In this document: in pieces, positions 26,466 to 38,868 of the stretch
How the letters are laid out: the number at the start of each line of letters is the position of its first letter
Position numbering within the stretch: the stretch's first letter is position 1
Assembly (NCBI GenBank): GCA_951406725.2
Contig: OX597815.1
Span: 47,244,001-47,308,000, forward strand
Source of the DNA: Octopus vulgaris
Lineage: Eukaryota
Length of the DNA stretch: 64,000 nt
Reading direction: 5' to 3'
Translations under genes and position numbers: made by a program
The notes under the pieces: generated by a model
The model's database searches: none
Seen by the model: only the letters and a program-made list of their open reading frames with translations
Told to the model about the DNA's origin: nothing

Positions 26466-29029
26466 GTGGTTGTTGCTGTTGTTTCTTAAATACATGCAAG
26501 ATCAGAAATTTGAGGATGGATAGAGTAGAAGAAAGTTTAGATTCTTAGATATTAATATAAATATCTACTAAAATTGGTAGAAATATGTGAGGGTGGGGGT
26601 ATTTTAAAAATATGTTAGAATCAATGCAAAATTTTGAACTTGATTCCTCGAATTATTTTCGAAGCCGAAGTGCCTCCTTATGGCCGCTTAAAGTCTTGAG
26701 GAATTGTGATTAGCACTTATTCTCACACACCTTCTGCTATCAAGATTCTCCTTGTATTAAGATGGTATTGAATTGTGTCTAACATAAACAAATCAGTTTT
26801 TGCAAAAGAAACGAGTCTCACTAGCAGCACGTAAAAATATAAAGACTTAATCTTCAGTTAGGTGCAAGCCTCAAATGTACGGCTGAGAGTGAAAATATAA
26901 AATAAAAGAAAAAATTGTGAACTGGACTCACCGAGACGGTGAAAATATTTTCGATATTAGCTTTATGACACTAATGAGCTTCAATTGAGGCAACTTATTG
27001 TCATGAGGGTTTGAATATTTCAGCCTTCAATTATTAACTTATTGACTTGTATTAAAATAATACTGAATTCTACGTAGCATAAGAAATTCAGTCCTTTACA
27101 ATAAACATTTTTCTTTCTCTTTTTGTCATCTGTTCATCCCACGCACTCAATTAGATTTACATTAGCTACTATCATCTAATATTAAGATAAAAAAAAAAAG
27201 GACACACGTTCTATTTCTCACCATCGTTGCCGGTATTACTTCAGATGTTGTTTAATTTCAATAAATTCATTATTGCCTATTTCCTTTGCTCTTCAAAATT
27301 AGAGGGTATTCATTAGATTTCTGCAACAGTGATACATAATTATCTAGCATGTAAGCTTTCTTTCATTCAAGTGAACTATAGCCAAAATGTCTGCACGAAA
27401 GGGACAAAGTTAACTCATATTACATATTAATGTAGCATATTTCAATGTAAATATATTTTTTCTTTATATTTTCTTTATATATTTAATAAAATTTAGAATT
27501 TAGAATATGTAGTATTTTCCTTCTTTTAAATTTTCCAATACATCTTTCTATTATCAACAATTTTTTAAAGTATATTTTCCTCAGTGAGTAAGGATTTGCA
27601 TTTCAGTATTTTTTAAACCCTATTTTGAAATATCTATATTCCACACCATATCTCTTTTCTCAAAGATATCTGACAGTTTCAGCGTCAATATTTCTGACTT
27701 ATTGAAATAAAAGATGGAAAAAGCTCCTGGAAAATGATAAGTTTACAAACTAAATAGAAATGATTTAACTGCAAATGTTAAACTTCGTAAAAGTTTTCAG
27801 CAAACAAAATAGACGTGTTTAGATGTGTTCCATACCTATAAAGTTACAGTTGATACATAGCTTCGAATCTGCTCTGATCGAGGAAAACAAATCACGAGAA
27901 GCACTCCCACCGTGACAATCTCGTCTTCATTTCAGTCGTTGTATACGGTTGCACTGTCAAATGTGTTCTATTTGCCACCTCGAAGTTTAATTTCAAGGAC
28001 ATTCAGCTGCTATTACTAGCAGGTCTAAGGCCCGTTTAATAAATCACTTTGTTATTTATATGGGAAAGGTTGGTTGTTCTACTTGGCAAATTTTTAATGT
28101 GCCTTAATTCTAAGATAAGATTGAAAAGAAACATTGTGTTACTAAGCACCTGCTTCGATATAAACACGATGGAATTCGACATTACTTTCAGTAGCAGCCA
28201 AAACACCGAAATATTTATTCAACATTGAAATTAAAGAAAATGTCAACGAGATAAGATAAATTTATGTGGTATAAAGGGTAAGATAACATTTTAGCTATTT
28301 TACGTAATCCATTGTATGGTGCACTATAGAATACAACATAATTCTAGAGAACCAACAAGGATGCTCTTGTCAAAAAATGAGCCTCCCATTGGTCAAATCT
28401 CCCACAAATACACACTATCGTCTTGTTAGTGACAGAATAGATTATATAATAAACGTCTAGATATACAGACACACCTGCCTCAGAAAAGAAATCGAATCGG
28501 GTTGAGAGAAATGCTTTCGAGCTTACCGAACTTGCTCTGAAAATACTTCTGTTATTCCTTTCGGCTGGAATATTTTTTGCAACATGAATGTGGTGATGGC
28601 GAGGTACAGACTTTAACTATCTACTGTGCGTGGCATTGTCCTCAATTGAATAACGATGGAATTATCGGTGAAGGAAGCGGCCTCACCATTTACATTGATT
28701 AATAAAAGCTAAGGTTTGCAATAGTTTTATTAAATAAATAGAAATATAAAATAGCTTGCTAAATTAATATAACAAATTTGCTTCAATGTTTATTATAGTT
28801 ATATCCTTCCATTAGAAATTAAAATCACTGCAACTGTTCAAAAATAGTTTTAGGCGCAAATATGGAACAGATACCTGTAATATTGTAAAGATTATTTGGT
28901 GACCCCTAACATCTGTTCGTGTGTGTATATAATAGTTCACATAAACATGCACTAACATGCTCAAATGAGCACATACACACATTTACAAATACAAATGCAT
29001 AGAAATACATACACTGACACTTCGTCAGT

Positions 29030-29325
29030 TATATCGACATGGGTTCCAGTCGATCTAATCGACTGAACCGCCTGCTAGTGAAATTAAGGTGCAAGTGGCT
29101 GAGCATTCCACAGACACGCAGTTCTAATGGAGATTCAGCGGGACACAGAATGTGACAAGGTAGACTCTTTGAAATACATGTACAACTCATTTTTGCCATC
29201 TGAGTGGACTGAAGCACCGTGAAATAAAGTGTCTTGCTCAAGGACACAAAGAGCCGCCTGGTATCAAACTCACGATCTTATGAACAATAACCAAATTATC
29301 TAACTATTATACCACGTGCTTTCGC
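29030..29325 (-). mobile_element. tRNA-derived SINE with CORE-like TGTGTCCTTGAGCAAGACAC segment (family D)
   Basis: Minus: GTGAGTTTGATACC (B-box-like) then TGTGTCCTTGAGCAAGACACTTTATTTCAC; degenerate plus copy near 20930-21130. Confidence 0.7.
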
Positions 29326-30159
29326 TCATATATGCATTAACACATACACAAACACCGAAAATACGCATATACATACATATACACACAGTTCATGCATATT
29401 TAATGTTCATAACATACCCATTCAACCGTTTTATTTAAAGTGTAACATTTTGCAATTTCTTTCTTATATATTTCAGATACCATTATATTGAAACCATTGC
29501 TTAGTCCAATGTCATGTTCTAATCGATCAGAATGAAAATGGTGCTTTATCATAGGTCACGCCTTGATTGATCTGATCGAAACTTACTTAGCACTATTTCG
29601 TTCGATGATCGATCAGACCTATATGAAACATTGGCACCTAGTGTTGGCATTATTGCGTATATTCTCAGACAAAGCCCAGATACAACGGAGGTCATATTGA
29701 ACTACATTATACTGTAATGGAGAGAATCTTCTCATTTCTGTTCGTATGCTTGATGGAGCCGTCTGTCTGCACTTTATACTTATACAGGAAAATTCGAAAA
29801 TCTGTTCCTTCGGAACAAAATCTTGCAGCCTGTTCTATTTCTACGTTTCTATATACATTATAAATGTTATATATACCGGTATTTTAATCGATTCTATTTC
29901 AAGTGCGTATAACGATTTATATCTAGCTTGCCTAGATTGGTTTGTTTACCGATTTCTATATAAGAACAGTCTTTTTCAATTTGACTTAGAATATCCGAGG
30001 TATTCGCCACCGAAGAAACCAAATTAAGTCGAGACCTCATATTTAGTGACACACTGGCATTCTGAGCGAAGACCTACGTTATTTAAACGCACTAGTCGCT
30101 TTGAAAAATTTTCCTCAGACAAAATATTACAACTAGTGCATTTCCACAGTTGTATATAT

Positions 30160-30169
30160 TATCATTATT

Positions 30170-30261
<92 letters not shown>

Positions 30262-30266
30262 TATTA
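30160..30266. repeat. (CAT)n(TAT)n microsatellite
   Basis: Directly visible. Confidence 0.95.
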
Positions 30267-30669
30267 CGGATAGTTTATTATACTGCTATCTGAGGTGCGT
30301 ATTTTATGTCAGAAAGAAGAGGAGGGGTCCGGAGAGAAGGAAATATATATGTAGTATATGATGAAAACGGACGAATGAGTTATCTGGTATTACTATGATT
30401 GTTTCATTAAGAGTATTTATTCTGACATAAGCATAATACAATTAGATTTCGCAATATGTTGCATGACTCCAAGTTCAAATATATACTGCTGATGAACCTA
30501 ACTTTCAGAGATCTAGATCACAAAATTTCACCACAAATGCTGGCCGACCTTCGCCTGCTGTTGCTACATTTCAATGCTTTTTACACTACGTGCCTTTAAG
30601 AGATACTTCCTCGTGGCGAATACCTCAATTTATAACACTTTCAACATAAACACACTTAAAGTATATATA

Positions 30670-31763
30670 TAACAAAAGAGGGGGGGTATTTCCACTCAGG
30701 AAAAAAATATAGGAAAATGTGTTTGCACCTAAATTTCAAAAACTCGTAAATGCTTAAAATACATTTATTTACATATATACCAAACTAGTTTCAACAATGT
30801 GTTTTGTTTATCAAAGGTTATGAATTAGAAAAACATGTTTAAAAGTTTCAATGTTGACAAATTAAATGTTTCAATGTTGATAAATTAACATGTTCAAAAC
30901 AGATAAATTTAGCATTGTGAATTAGGAGGACAGGTGTAAGTTTGAATGTTCATAGCAGTCAATAATGTTAAAATTGTATAGCAATATGTTTGAATGTACA
31001 AAGATCATTGATTTTAGTGGTGGTCGACAAGTCATACCGAAAAAAAGGGTGAAATGAAAATAGTAAAAAAAGAAATTTGATTTACAGTTTCTCTGATCCT
31101 CTTCTGGTAGACGCTTTTGCTTGTAATGGTATCTTTTGGGATCAGATGTATTTATAATTTTTCTGCGAGAGGATCTAATTCATTACAATACTGATAACGT
31201 CTTTTCCGTGGTCAAGCTTATCGTTCTGCTTGGTTGGTTTCCCTGTGGAGACGGTTATAAGTCGTTCAAGTTGCTTGGTTCTCTTAAAGGGTCATTTCGT
31301 TGTATTTGTTGAAGTTCGGCTTTGATTAGTCTGGAGTTAGGTGACGTCAGCAACTGGTGTTTGTATGGTATTTTGGAGTTGTGGTTTCGGAACCCTGGTG
31401 GAAGATTGTTACTAAAGGTTTTTTTTAATTTTTTGTTGTTTCTGGTGTTTTTTTGTGTTGAGATTGAGTCTTTTTCTATTCTTTTTTCTTCTTTCTAAAC
31501 GATATTCAGCTGTGGTTTATATTTTTTAATCAGTATGTTTCCCTTATTTACACGGAACTGGGTTGAAGTGTTTCTAGTGCATTGATAGAGAGGGAGGATT
31601 TGGTATTTATGGTTTATGTCTACAGGGCATTGGTCTAGGTGCTTGCTTACGGGAATTTTCCTCGTGATGAGTCCCTGATTTGTTGCCTGTGCACCGTAAG
31701 TCTATCCCTCAAAGTTAAGCTAGTTTGACCAATGTAGTCACCACCACAACTTCCACATTTGAG

Positions 31764-31768
<5 letters not shown>
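30670..31768 (-). mobile_element. 5'-truncated PLE: GIY-YIG end, 3' region and degenerate hammerhead (30778-30820)
   Basis: FVLKCGSCGGDYIGQTSLTLRDRLTVHRQQIRD...ILIKKYKPQLN at about 31500-31768; ACC-T-TTGATA-AACAA..TTGTT-GAAACTAGT remnant. Confidence 0.8.
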
Positions 31769-31828
<60 letters not shown>

Positions 31829-31846
31829 GTATCTGCACGCTGTACC

Positions 31847-32263
31847 TTGAAAAACAGCCGCAAGAGAGGTAAGCCCTGTTCACTGTGCAACAACATGAGT
31901 CAAGTGAATTTCATCAGGAATCATAACAGAAATGTTATGATTTATACTGAAGGTGGGACATGTAGAGATTCTCATTTGGTGTATGTGGCAGAATGCACGA
32001 AACACAACTTGATTTATGTTGGTTGTACAACTGAACAGTTAAACAAAAGGTTTAATGGGCACAGATATGACGTCAGACACAACAGCAGTAGTTCGACAGA
32101 ACTTGTCGAACATTTTGCTTCAAACGGCTGCAATTTTGAAAAAGACTTCAAAGTGCTTATTCTCAGAAAATATTCTGAATCTGTTTCACTTTCACTTCTC
32201 AAAATGCATGATATTGAATTAAAAGACAGGAGCATATCATCAAATTTATATAAAACTGATTGA
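31847..32263 (+). pseudogene. PLE GIY-YIG endonuclease fragment
   Basis: CSLC...TCRDSHLVYVAECTKHNLIYVGCTTEQLNKRFNGH...ELVEHF fits the LVY/YVG motif, catalytic R and downstream H residues. Confidence 0.85.
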
Positions 32264-32451
32264 GAAAAATATCCTTTTTTTTCCTTTCTTTTTCTTTACT
32301 CTTTCTTTCTATCTCATTTCTGTCTTTTTCTGTTATATAATTGAAACTTAAAAGACTGATGATGTCATTCCATCAACGTATGGGCGCTGGTTGCTCTCGT
32401 TCATACTTTAGATTTAAATTTCTATAATTTTGAATTTTTATCACTTCTTAT

Positions 32452-32496
32452 TTTGAACTCGACAAAGACAGACTTGCTGTCGAAATATCGTTCAAA
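32452..32496 (+). ncRNA. Degenerate minimal type I hammerhead
   Basis: Stem I TTTGAAC/GTTCAAA, stem II GACAG/CTGTC, GAAA, palindromic ATAT then C; core reads TCGACAA, not CTGANGA. Confidence 0.55.
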
Positions 32497-32580
32497 TAAC
32501 ACAATATCTATTACAATCGAATCGCGCTCTTCGTCTTGACTGTTTACCTTTGTGAAGAGTTACGTGAATTCTTTTAAAAT

Positions 32581-32865
<285 letters not shown>

Positions 32866-33429
32866 AGTGTCGGAGTAATTTTTGTCAACATCTACAAGTA
32901 ATTTTGTAAATATATGCATGGAATCAGAACTGCAATACTGTGAAATGTTAAACATGAAAGCGTACATTATACATAAAAAGAATCGGTGTATGGTGACAAG
33001 GTTGAGCTGTAATGTTACACTGAAGCTGAAGTTAATATCATAAAGACAAACATTTGATATTTGAAGTCAGTTCTGGTACTGCGTCTACTTGCGTGAAGTG
33101 CTTTGAGGAATTTAGTAGTCTCTTATTGCACTGCACACCAAGTTCAACTCCGAGAGTGGGTGACTTCACCTTTTAACTTTTGTAGGTCGGTGAAATAGAT
33201 AATAGTAACAGAGGTCGATTTCATCGATAAAACATATGGCTTTCTACGCGTTTTATAAAACTTTAATGATTGCCATTTATCTCCCAGTGGTCCATACATA
33301 CATACATACATACATACATACATACATACATACATACATACATAATACATACATACATACATATATACAAACACACACACATATGTATACATATCTGTAT
33401 ATCTATATACACACACACATATATATATA

Positions 33430-33463
<34 letters not shown>

Positions 33464-33733
33464 CATACATACATACATACATACATACATACATGGTGGC
33501 GCTCTAAGTTGACTGCTGCCGCATGGCTGAATCGAATAAAAGAATACAAGAATATATATATACATGCATATATACATACGTATCTGTAGATACTTACATC
33601 TATACGTATATGTATATGCATGTATAGATATAAGTATGTACATATACGTATGTATATATGCATATATATATTATTTATATTATTATATGATTGAACGCCA
33701 CGCATCCTCTTCGAAGTAGAATATATATATGTA

Positions 33734-33897
33734 GGCGCAGGAGTCGATGTCTGGTAAGAAATTCTTTCACCAACCACGTGATTCCGGATTCAGTCCCACT
33801 GCGTGGCACCTTGGGTAAGTGTCTTCTACTTTAGCCTCGGGCTGACCAAAGCTTTGTGAGTGGATTTGTAGACGGAAACTGAAAGAAGCCTGTCGTA
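33734..33897 (+). mobile_element. Family B SINE 5' half
   Basis: GGCGCAGGAGT...CAGTCCCACTGCGTGGCACCTTGGG. Confidence 0.85.
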
Positions 33898-33959
33898 CAT
33901 ATATATGCACCTGTGTGTGTGAGGGTCTGTATGTGAGTGTGTGTGTTTGTGCGTGTGTG

Positions 33960-34358
33960 TGTATCGCGGATTTCTGCGGTCGATAGGTACCTATGTTTGT
34001 TTAGATTTTAATTATTTATGTGGTTAAGTAAACATTTCCACGCCTAAAAGTTAATTAGTTAATAAGTAAAAATACAGTACGATACTGTACTGTATAACAC
34101 ATTAATTAAAATATATTGCAAGAAAATACGTAGTGTACTGCAGATGAGTAGACAAAGAATCGCACATACTGTATGGTAAACGAAACAAAGGAGGCGAATG
34201 TGTGGTATCGTTTTGCATTTATAATAAAATAATTATTTACAAATTATAAAAATAATAAAAAATGATACACAGTACTCTACTGTTTCTACTTCGCGGATTT
34301 TCGCCTATTGCGTGGGGTTTTGGAGTGTAACTCCCGCGATAGCCGAGAGGTTACTGTA
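33960..34358. mobile_element. Tigger/pogo-like MITE fragment
   Basis: Right end CCCGCGATAGCCGAGAGGTTACTG|TA and internal TCGCGGATTT repeats. Confidence 0.5.
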
Positions 34359-35289
34359 GTAGCACTCTCTTGTAGCTATGATCACATTGTTGGAGCTAAC
34401 TCATGCTCTTTGCTGCCGATTCTCATTACAGTCAAGATGTCAACTTCATTCAAACTTTCGTTGCTTACTGCGGTAATACTCTTGCTCCAGTCTTAAAATT
34501 TATTTTTGTGTTATTCTGATTATCTCTTTGGTCATTCTGATTACATCCATGGTGCTAACTCTCGTTATAGTCTCTATATTATGCTATCTTCTTGTTTCTT
34601 ACTGTCTTTGCATTTTATGCTAACTCTGATCACCCAGTTGCGGGCATCCTCGCTTGCTTTAGCATTACTAACACTGATCTCTCTATAACTCGCAGCGATT
34701 CATTTTAATACCCATTTGTCGTTGTTGCTGCGGTCTTATTTATTTATTTTTTATTTCTTTATTGAATTATAGTACTAATACGTTCTTTAAATTTTGAAGT
34801 TACTTCCTTTACTGGGAATCCCAAATTGAAGGGAAAACTTGAGTATGAAAAAATCTATAAGTCCGTATATATCTCTACTAAACACTGAAGGTACTGGATA
34901 ACTTTTTGTGCATATTTCCATGTATGTATGTATGTATGTATGTATGTATGTATGTATGTATAAATGTATGTGTATTTTTCAATGTGTAAAAATAACACGG
35001 AAAAAATAAATAGTTACCAGGGTAACAAATATTCACATAAGTGCGAAGGATGTTACAGCCTACATATAAAGGTAGAAATGCCAGGGTTTAGAGAAATATT
35101 TTTGATTAACATAGTTAAATTAAGAAATGGAGTTAAACGCAGGTGTTATTCAAATCTGTATACTTCCGACATATGTTTCGAAGAAAACATTGGTATTATT
35201 CCCTAGGGAATAAACTGATGTAAAACAATGTAAGGGAAAAAAGAGAAATAAAACACATCAATAAGCTATTTTTACCGAATGTGATTACC

Positions 35290-35522
35290 TATTTCTTTAT
35301 TACCCACAAGGGGCTGAACATAGAGGGGACAAACATGGACAGACATAGGTATTAAGTCGATTATATCGACCCCAGTGCTTAACTGGTACTTAATTTATCG
35401 ACCCCGAAAGGATGAAAGGCAAAGTCGACCTCGGCGGAATTTGAACTCACAACGTAACGGCAGACGAAATACCGCTAAGCATTTCGCCCGACGTGCTAAC
35501 GATTCTGCTAGCTCGCCGCCTT
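35290..35522 (-). mobile_element. Full-length family C SINE, 3' half of the tRNA-SINE chimera
   Basis: Minus: AAGGCGGCGAGCTAGCAG...AGCCCCTTGTGGGTAATAAAGAAATA. Confidence 0.9.
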
Positions 35523-35538
35523 AAAAAATACCCCTTTG

Positions 35539-35611
35539 AGGTTCCAGCGAGTTTCGAACTCACGACCTTCTGCGTGTTAAGCAGATGTGATAACCACTAC
35601 ACCATGGAACC
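35539..35611 (-). tRNA. tRNA-Val: tRNA-Val, anticodon AAC, probably a retrocopy
   Basis: GGTTCCATGGTGTAGTGGTTATCACATCTGCTT-AAC-ACGCAGAAGGTCGTGAGTTCGAAACTCGCTGGAACC-T folds as a full 73-nt cloverleaf; T6 tract follows about 10 nt downstream. Confidence 0.9.
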
Positions 35612-35737
35612 ATGGAACCAGCTGCTACACCATGGAACCACCATGGAACCAGGTAATCACCGAATGTGATTACCGCGTATATAATGAAGGGAACGTTGGC
35701 AAGTTATTTTTAAAAAAACCGTTAATAGATTTAACAT

Positions 35738-35798
<61 letters not shown>

Positions 35799-35937
35799 CG
35801 TGCGTGTGTGTGTATATACCAAAGTAAGCACATAAATATGAGACAAGTTGGAACAAAATAGTACTCGAATACCGGAGGTAGAGTAACATCCTTTATTATT
35901 ACTAAAGCAGCAAATACATCACAAAAATATCATAAAA

Positions 35938-36037
35938 ACTGCTACTCAGAGTTTCATGTTCTCGTTTGTCGGATAGTTTGGATTGAGATTTAGATTCTCA
36001 ATCTAAAGTGTCCGACGAACGGAACGTGAAATTCTGA
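35938..36037. ncRNA. Fold-back pair of hammerhead-like motifs in a PLE terminal fragment
   Basis: 35946-36037 is an imperfect palindrome; arms give CCGACGA-ACG..CGT-GAAA and GAAACTC-T-GAGT-A with stem I ACT(A)T/GCAGT. Confidence 0.55.
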
Positions 36038-36069
36038 TATATATATATATATATATATATATGCATATA

Positions 36070-37100
36070 TAAGTGTCCACTTAGTGGAACCTGTCTAGTA
36101 CTGGGGTCGCGTATTTATTGTCGGTGAATGGTCAGTCTGTTTCTTAGAGTAAGCTTTGTTTCACCTATGTAATCTTCATTAAGTCCTTAACATTTGATAG
36201 CGTATCTTAAATTCCTTGAAGAACATGTAGAGTTATTTTTTCCTGATTTAAATTTGTATGTTGTGTCTTCACTAAGGTTGATGCAGGTCATGCAGTTAGG
36301 ATGGCCACACTTTTTGACTGTTGGTCTATGTCGGATACATAGACATATGTCCAAAAATATGCCCTCCAAATTCCAGGTCTTCCCACTCAACCTATGTTCT
36401 ACGAATACCACAGATGAAGCACCGATAAACAAAGAAAATACTTTCATACAAAAGTCGAAACTAAGACTTAACAAACTTTAACAGAGAACATACACAAATA
36501 ACTATTGACACACAAAACTCATTCTACCACTTGTCATGAGGAAGCTACACAGCTAACAACCTAAACATTAGCCACCGGACTTCATAGAAACGTCTCCTGT
36601 CCACTCTCCCACCAGTCAGATCAAATTTCGAGTGCTTTAACTATGACTAAACGTGTTCACTCAACGGTGTCCACCTTCTTTTTAGATGCAAAATATATTG
36701 TCACGTGTCATTAATGCACAGACGTAGCGGGAAACGTAGAAAAGGTTCTAAACTTAATCATGTGTTCATCCTCGTTTGGACATGTTCAGTCAACGATGTC
36801 AGCCTTAACTAAACATTGTCACATGACACAAACACAAGCACGTAGCGGGGAACGTACAAAAATTTCTAAGACCAGTCATGTGACTATCCTCTAGCAATCA
36901 AACCCTATTCAAAACATATACTAATTTGAGCCATGAACTCCCTATAAAAATAGGGCAAGCTTCAAACACTATTCGCAAGAAAGACTTACACAACTTCTTT
37001 CTATTTGAACATTTTTAGAATCAATGTAAAAAGGGAAACCGGTTAAAGCTTTAAATATATTAATAAAGAATATTTCAACTATTCTCAGTGCATTTTCAAC
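36070..37100 (+). mobile_element. PLE 3' end with an inverted 5' segment
   Basis: Minus 36070-36330: KKCGHPNCMTC..TCSSRNLRYAIKC*..DYIGETKLTLRNRLTIHRQ..LSGH. Plus 36331-36481: IDIC..KFQVFPL..NKENTFIQK..LN. Hammerhead remnant GAAACCGGT near 37036. Confidence 0.8.
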
Positions 37101-37102
37101 TT

Positions 37103-37171
<69 letters not shown>

Positions 37172-37254
37172 GGTCCCGGGTTGATTCGGGGTTAACCACA
37201 GTAAGTAAGGTACTCAATACATAGCAGAGTAAAATTAATTTATTATATAGAAGG

Positions 37255-37305
37255 AGCTTCTACAGGACTAGTACTGTTTCATTCAAGAGAAATCTTCAGG
37301 AAGCT
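37255..37305 (-). ncRNA. Type I hammerhead ribozyme
   Basis: Reverse complement of 40071-40121. Confidence 0.75.
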
Positions 37306-37509
37306 ATTTAACAAGAATTGTATTAGCATTTATACATTTAGGCAGGTTTAAGGGAGTGGTGGTGGGGGACTTTTTGGGGGTAGGCATAGCGCAAAATATC
37401 ATACTTGGGGGAGTGGTCAAGGAGTCAGTGGTAAGTTAGATGAAGGGATAGATAAATAAAAAAATAAAAAAATAAAATAAAAAAATAAAAAAATAAAAAA
37501 TATATATAA

Positions 37510-37682
<173 letters not shown>

Positions 37683-37981
37683 GTATGTATATGCATCTGT
37701 CTGTGTGTGTGTATGTGTATATATGTGTATCATTATTGCGTATGTATACATGTATATGTGTATATATGTACATGTGTATCATTATTGCGTATGTATACAT
37801 GTATATGTGTATATGTGTGTGTGTGTGTGTGTGTATATGTATATATATATATATATAGGTATATATATGTATGTATATATATGCATGCGTATGTGTATGT
37901 ACATGTATATATGTGTGTGTGTATATGTATATATGTTTATATATGTGAGTATGTAGTGATATGAGTATATGCATGTGTATA

Positions 37982-38012
<31 letters not shown>

Positions 38013-38187
38013 GTATGGGTATGTGTATCAGTGTATATGTATATATGTATGTGTGTGTGTATGTATATGTATGTATATGTGTATATATGTATGTGTATAT
38101 GTGTATATATATGTATATGTGTGTGTGTATATGTGTGTATGTATGTGTATGTGTATGTATGTGTATATATATATATATGTATATATG

Positions 38188-38227
<40 letters not shown>

Positions 38228-38504
38228 TGCGTGTGTGTATGTATGCATATATGTATGTATGCATGTATATGTGTATGTATATATATGTGTGTAAGTGTGT
38301 GCATATATGTATATGTAAGTATGTGTGCGCGTATGAGTATGTATGTATGCTTGCACACGTGTATATATATGTGTGTGTGTGTATATATATGGATGCGCGT
38401 GCGTGTGTGCAAGTGTATGGGTACGCATGTATATGTGTATGTGCGTGTATGTGTATACGTGTATGTATGTATGTGTGTGCGTAGATTTGTATATGTATGT
38501 GTGA

Positions 38505-38545
<41 letters not shown>

Positions 38546-38731
38546 TGGGTGTGTGTATGCGTATAAATGCATGTAAGTATGGATGTATGGATGTATGTAT
38601 GTATGTATACGTATGTATGTGTGTATGTGTGTATGTATATATATATGTGTGTATATATGTTTGTGTATGTATATATATGTGTATGTATGTGTGTGTATAG
38701 GTATGTGTGTATGTGTATGTATGTATGTATA

Positions 38732-38778
<47 letters not shown>

Positions 38779-38837
38779 ATATATATATATATATAGGTAT
38801 GTATCTGTATGTAGGAGTATATATGTGTGTGTGTGTA

Positions 38838-38868
<31 letters not shown>

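Larger units (their letters stand above)
31825..32570 (+). mobile_element. 5'-truncated PLE of a second family
   Basis: Cys-rich linker and GIY-YIG followed by a 3' region with a hammerhead remnant. Confidence 0.8.

Noticed and set aside
35602-35650. Short direct repeats CCATGGAACC resembling a CRISPR-like array
   Set aside because: They are copies of the tRNA 5' end with no unique spacers, in a eukaryotic context without cas genes.
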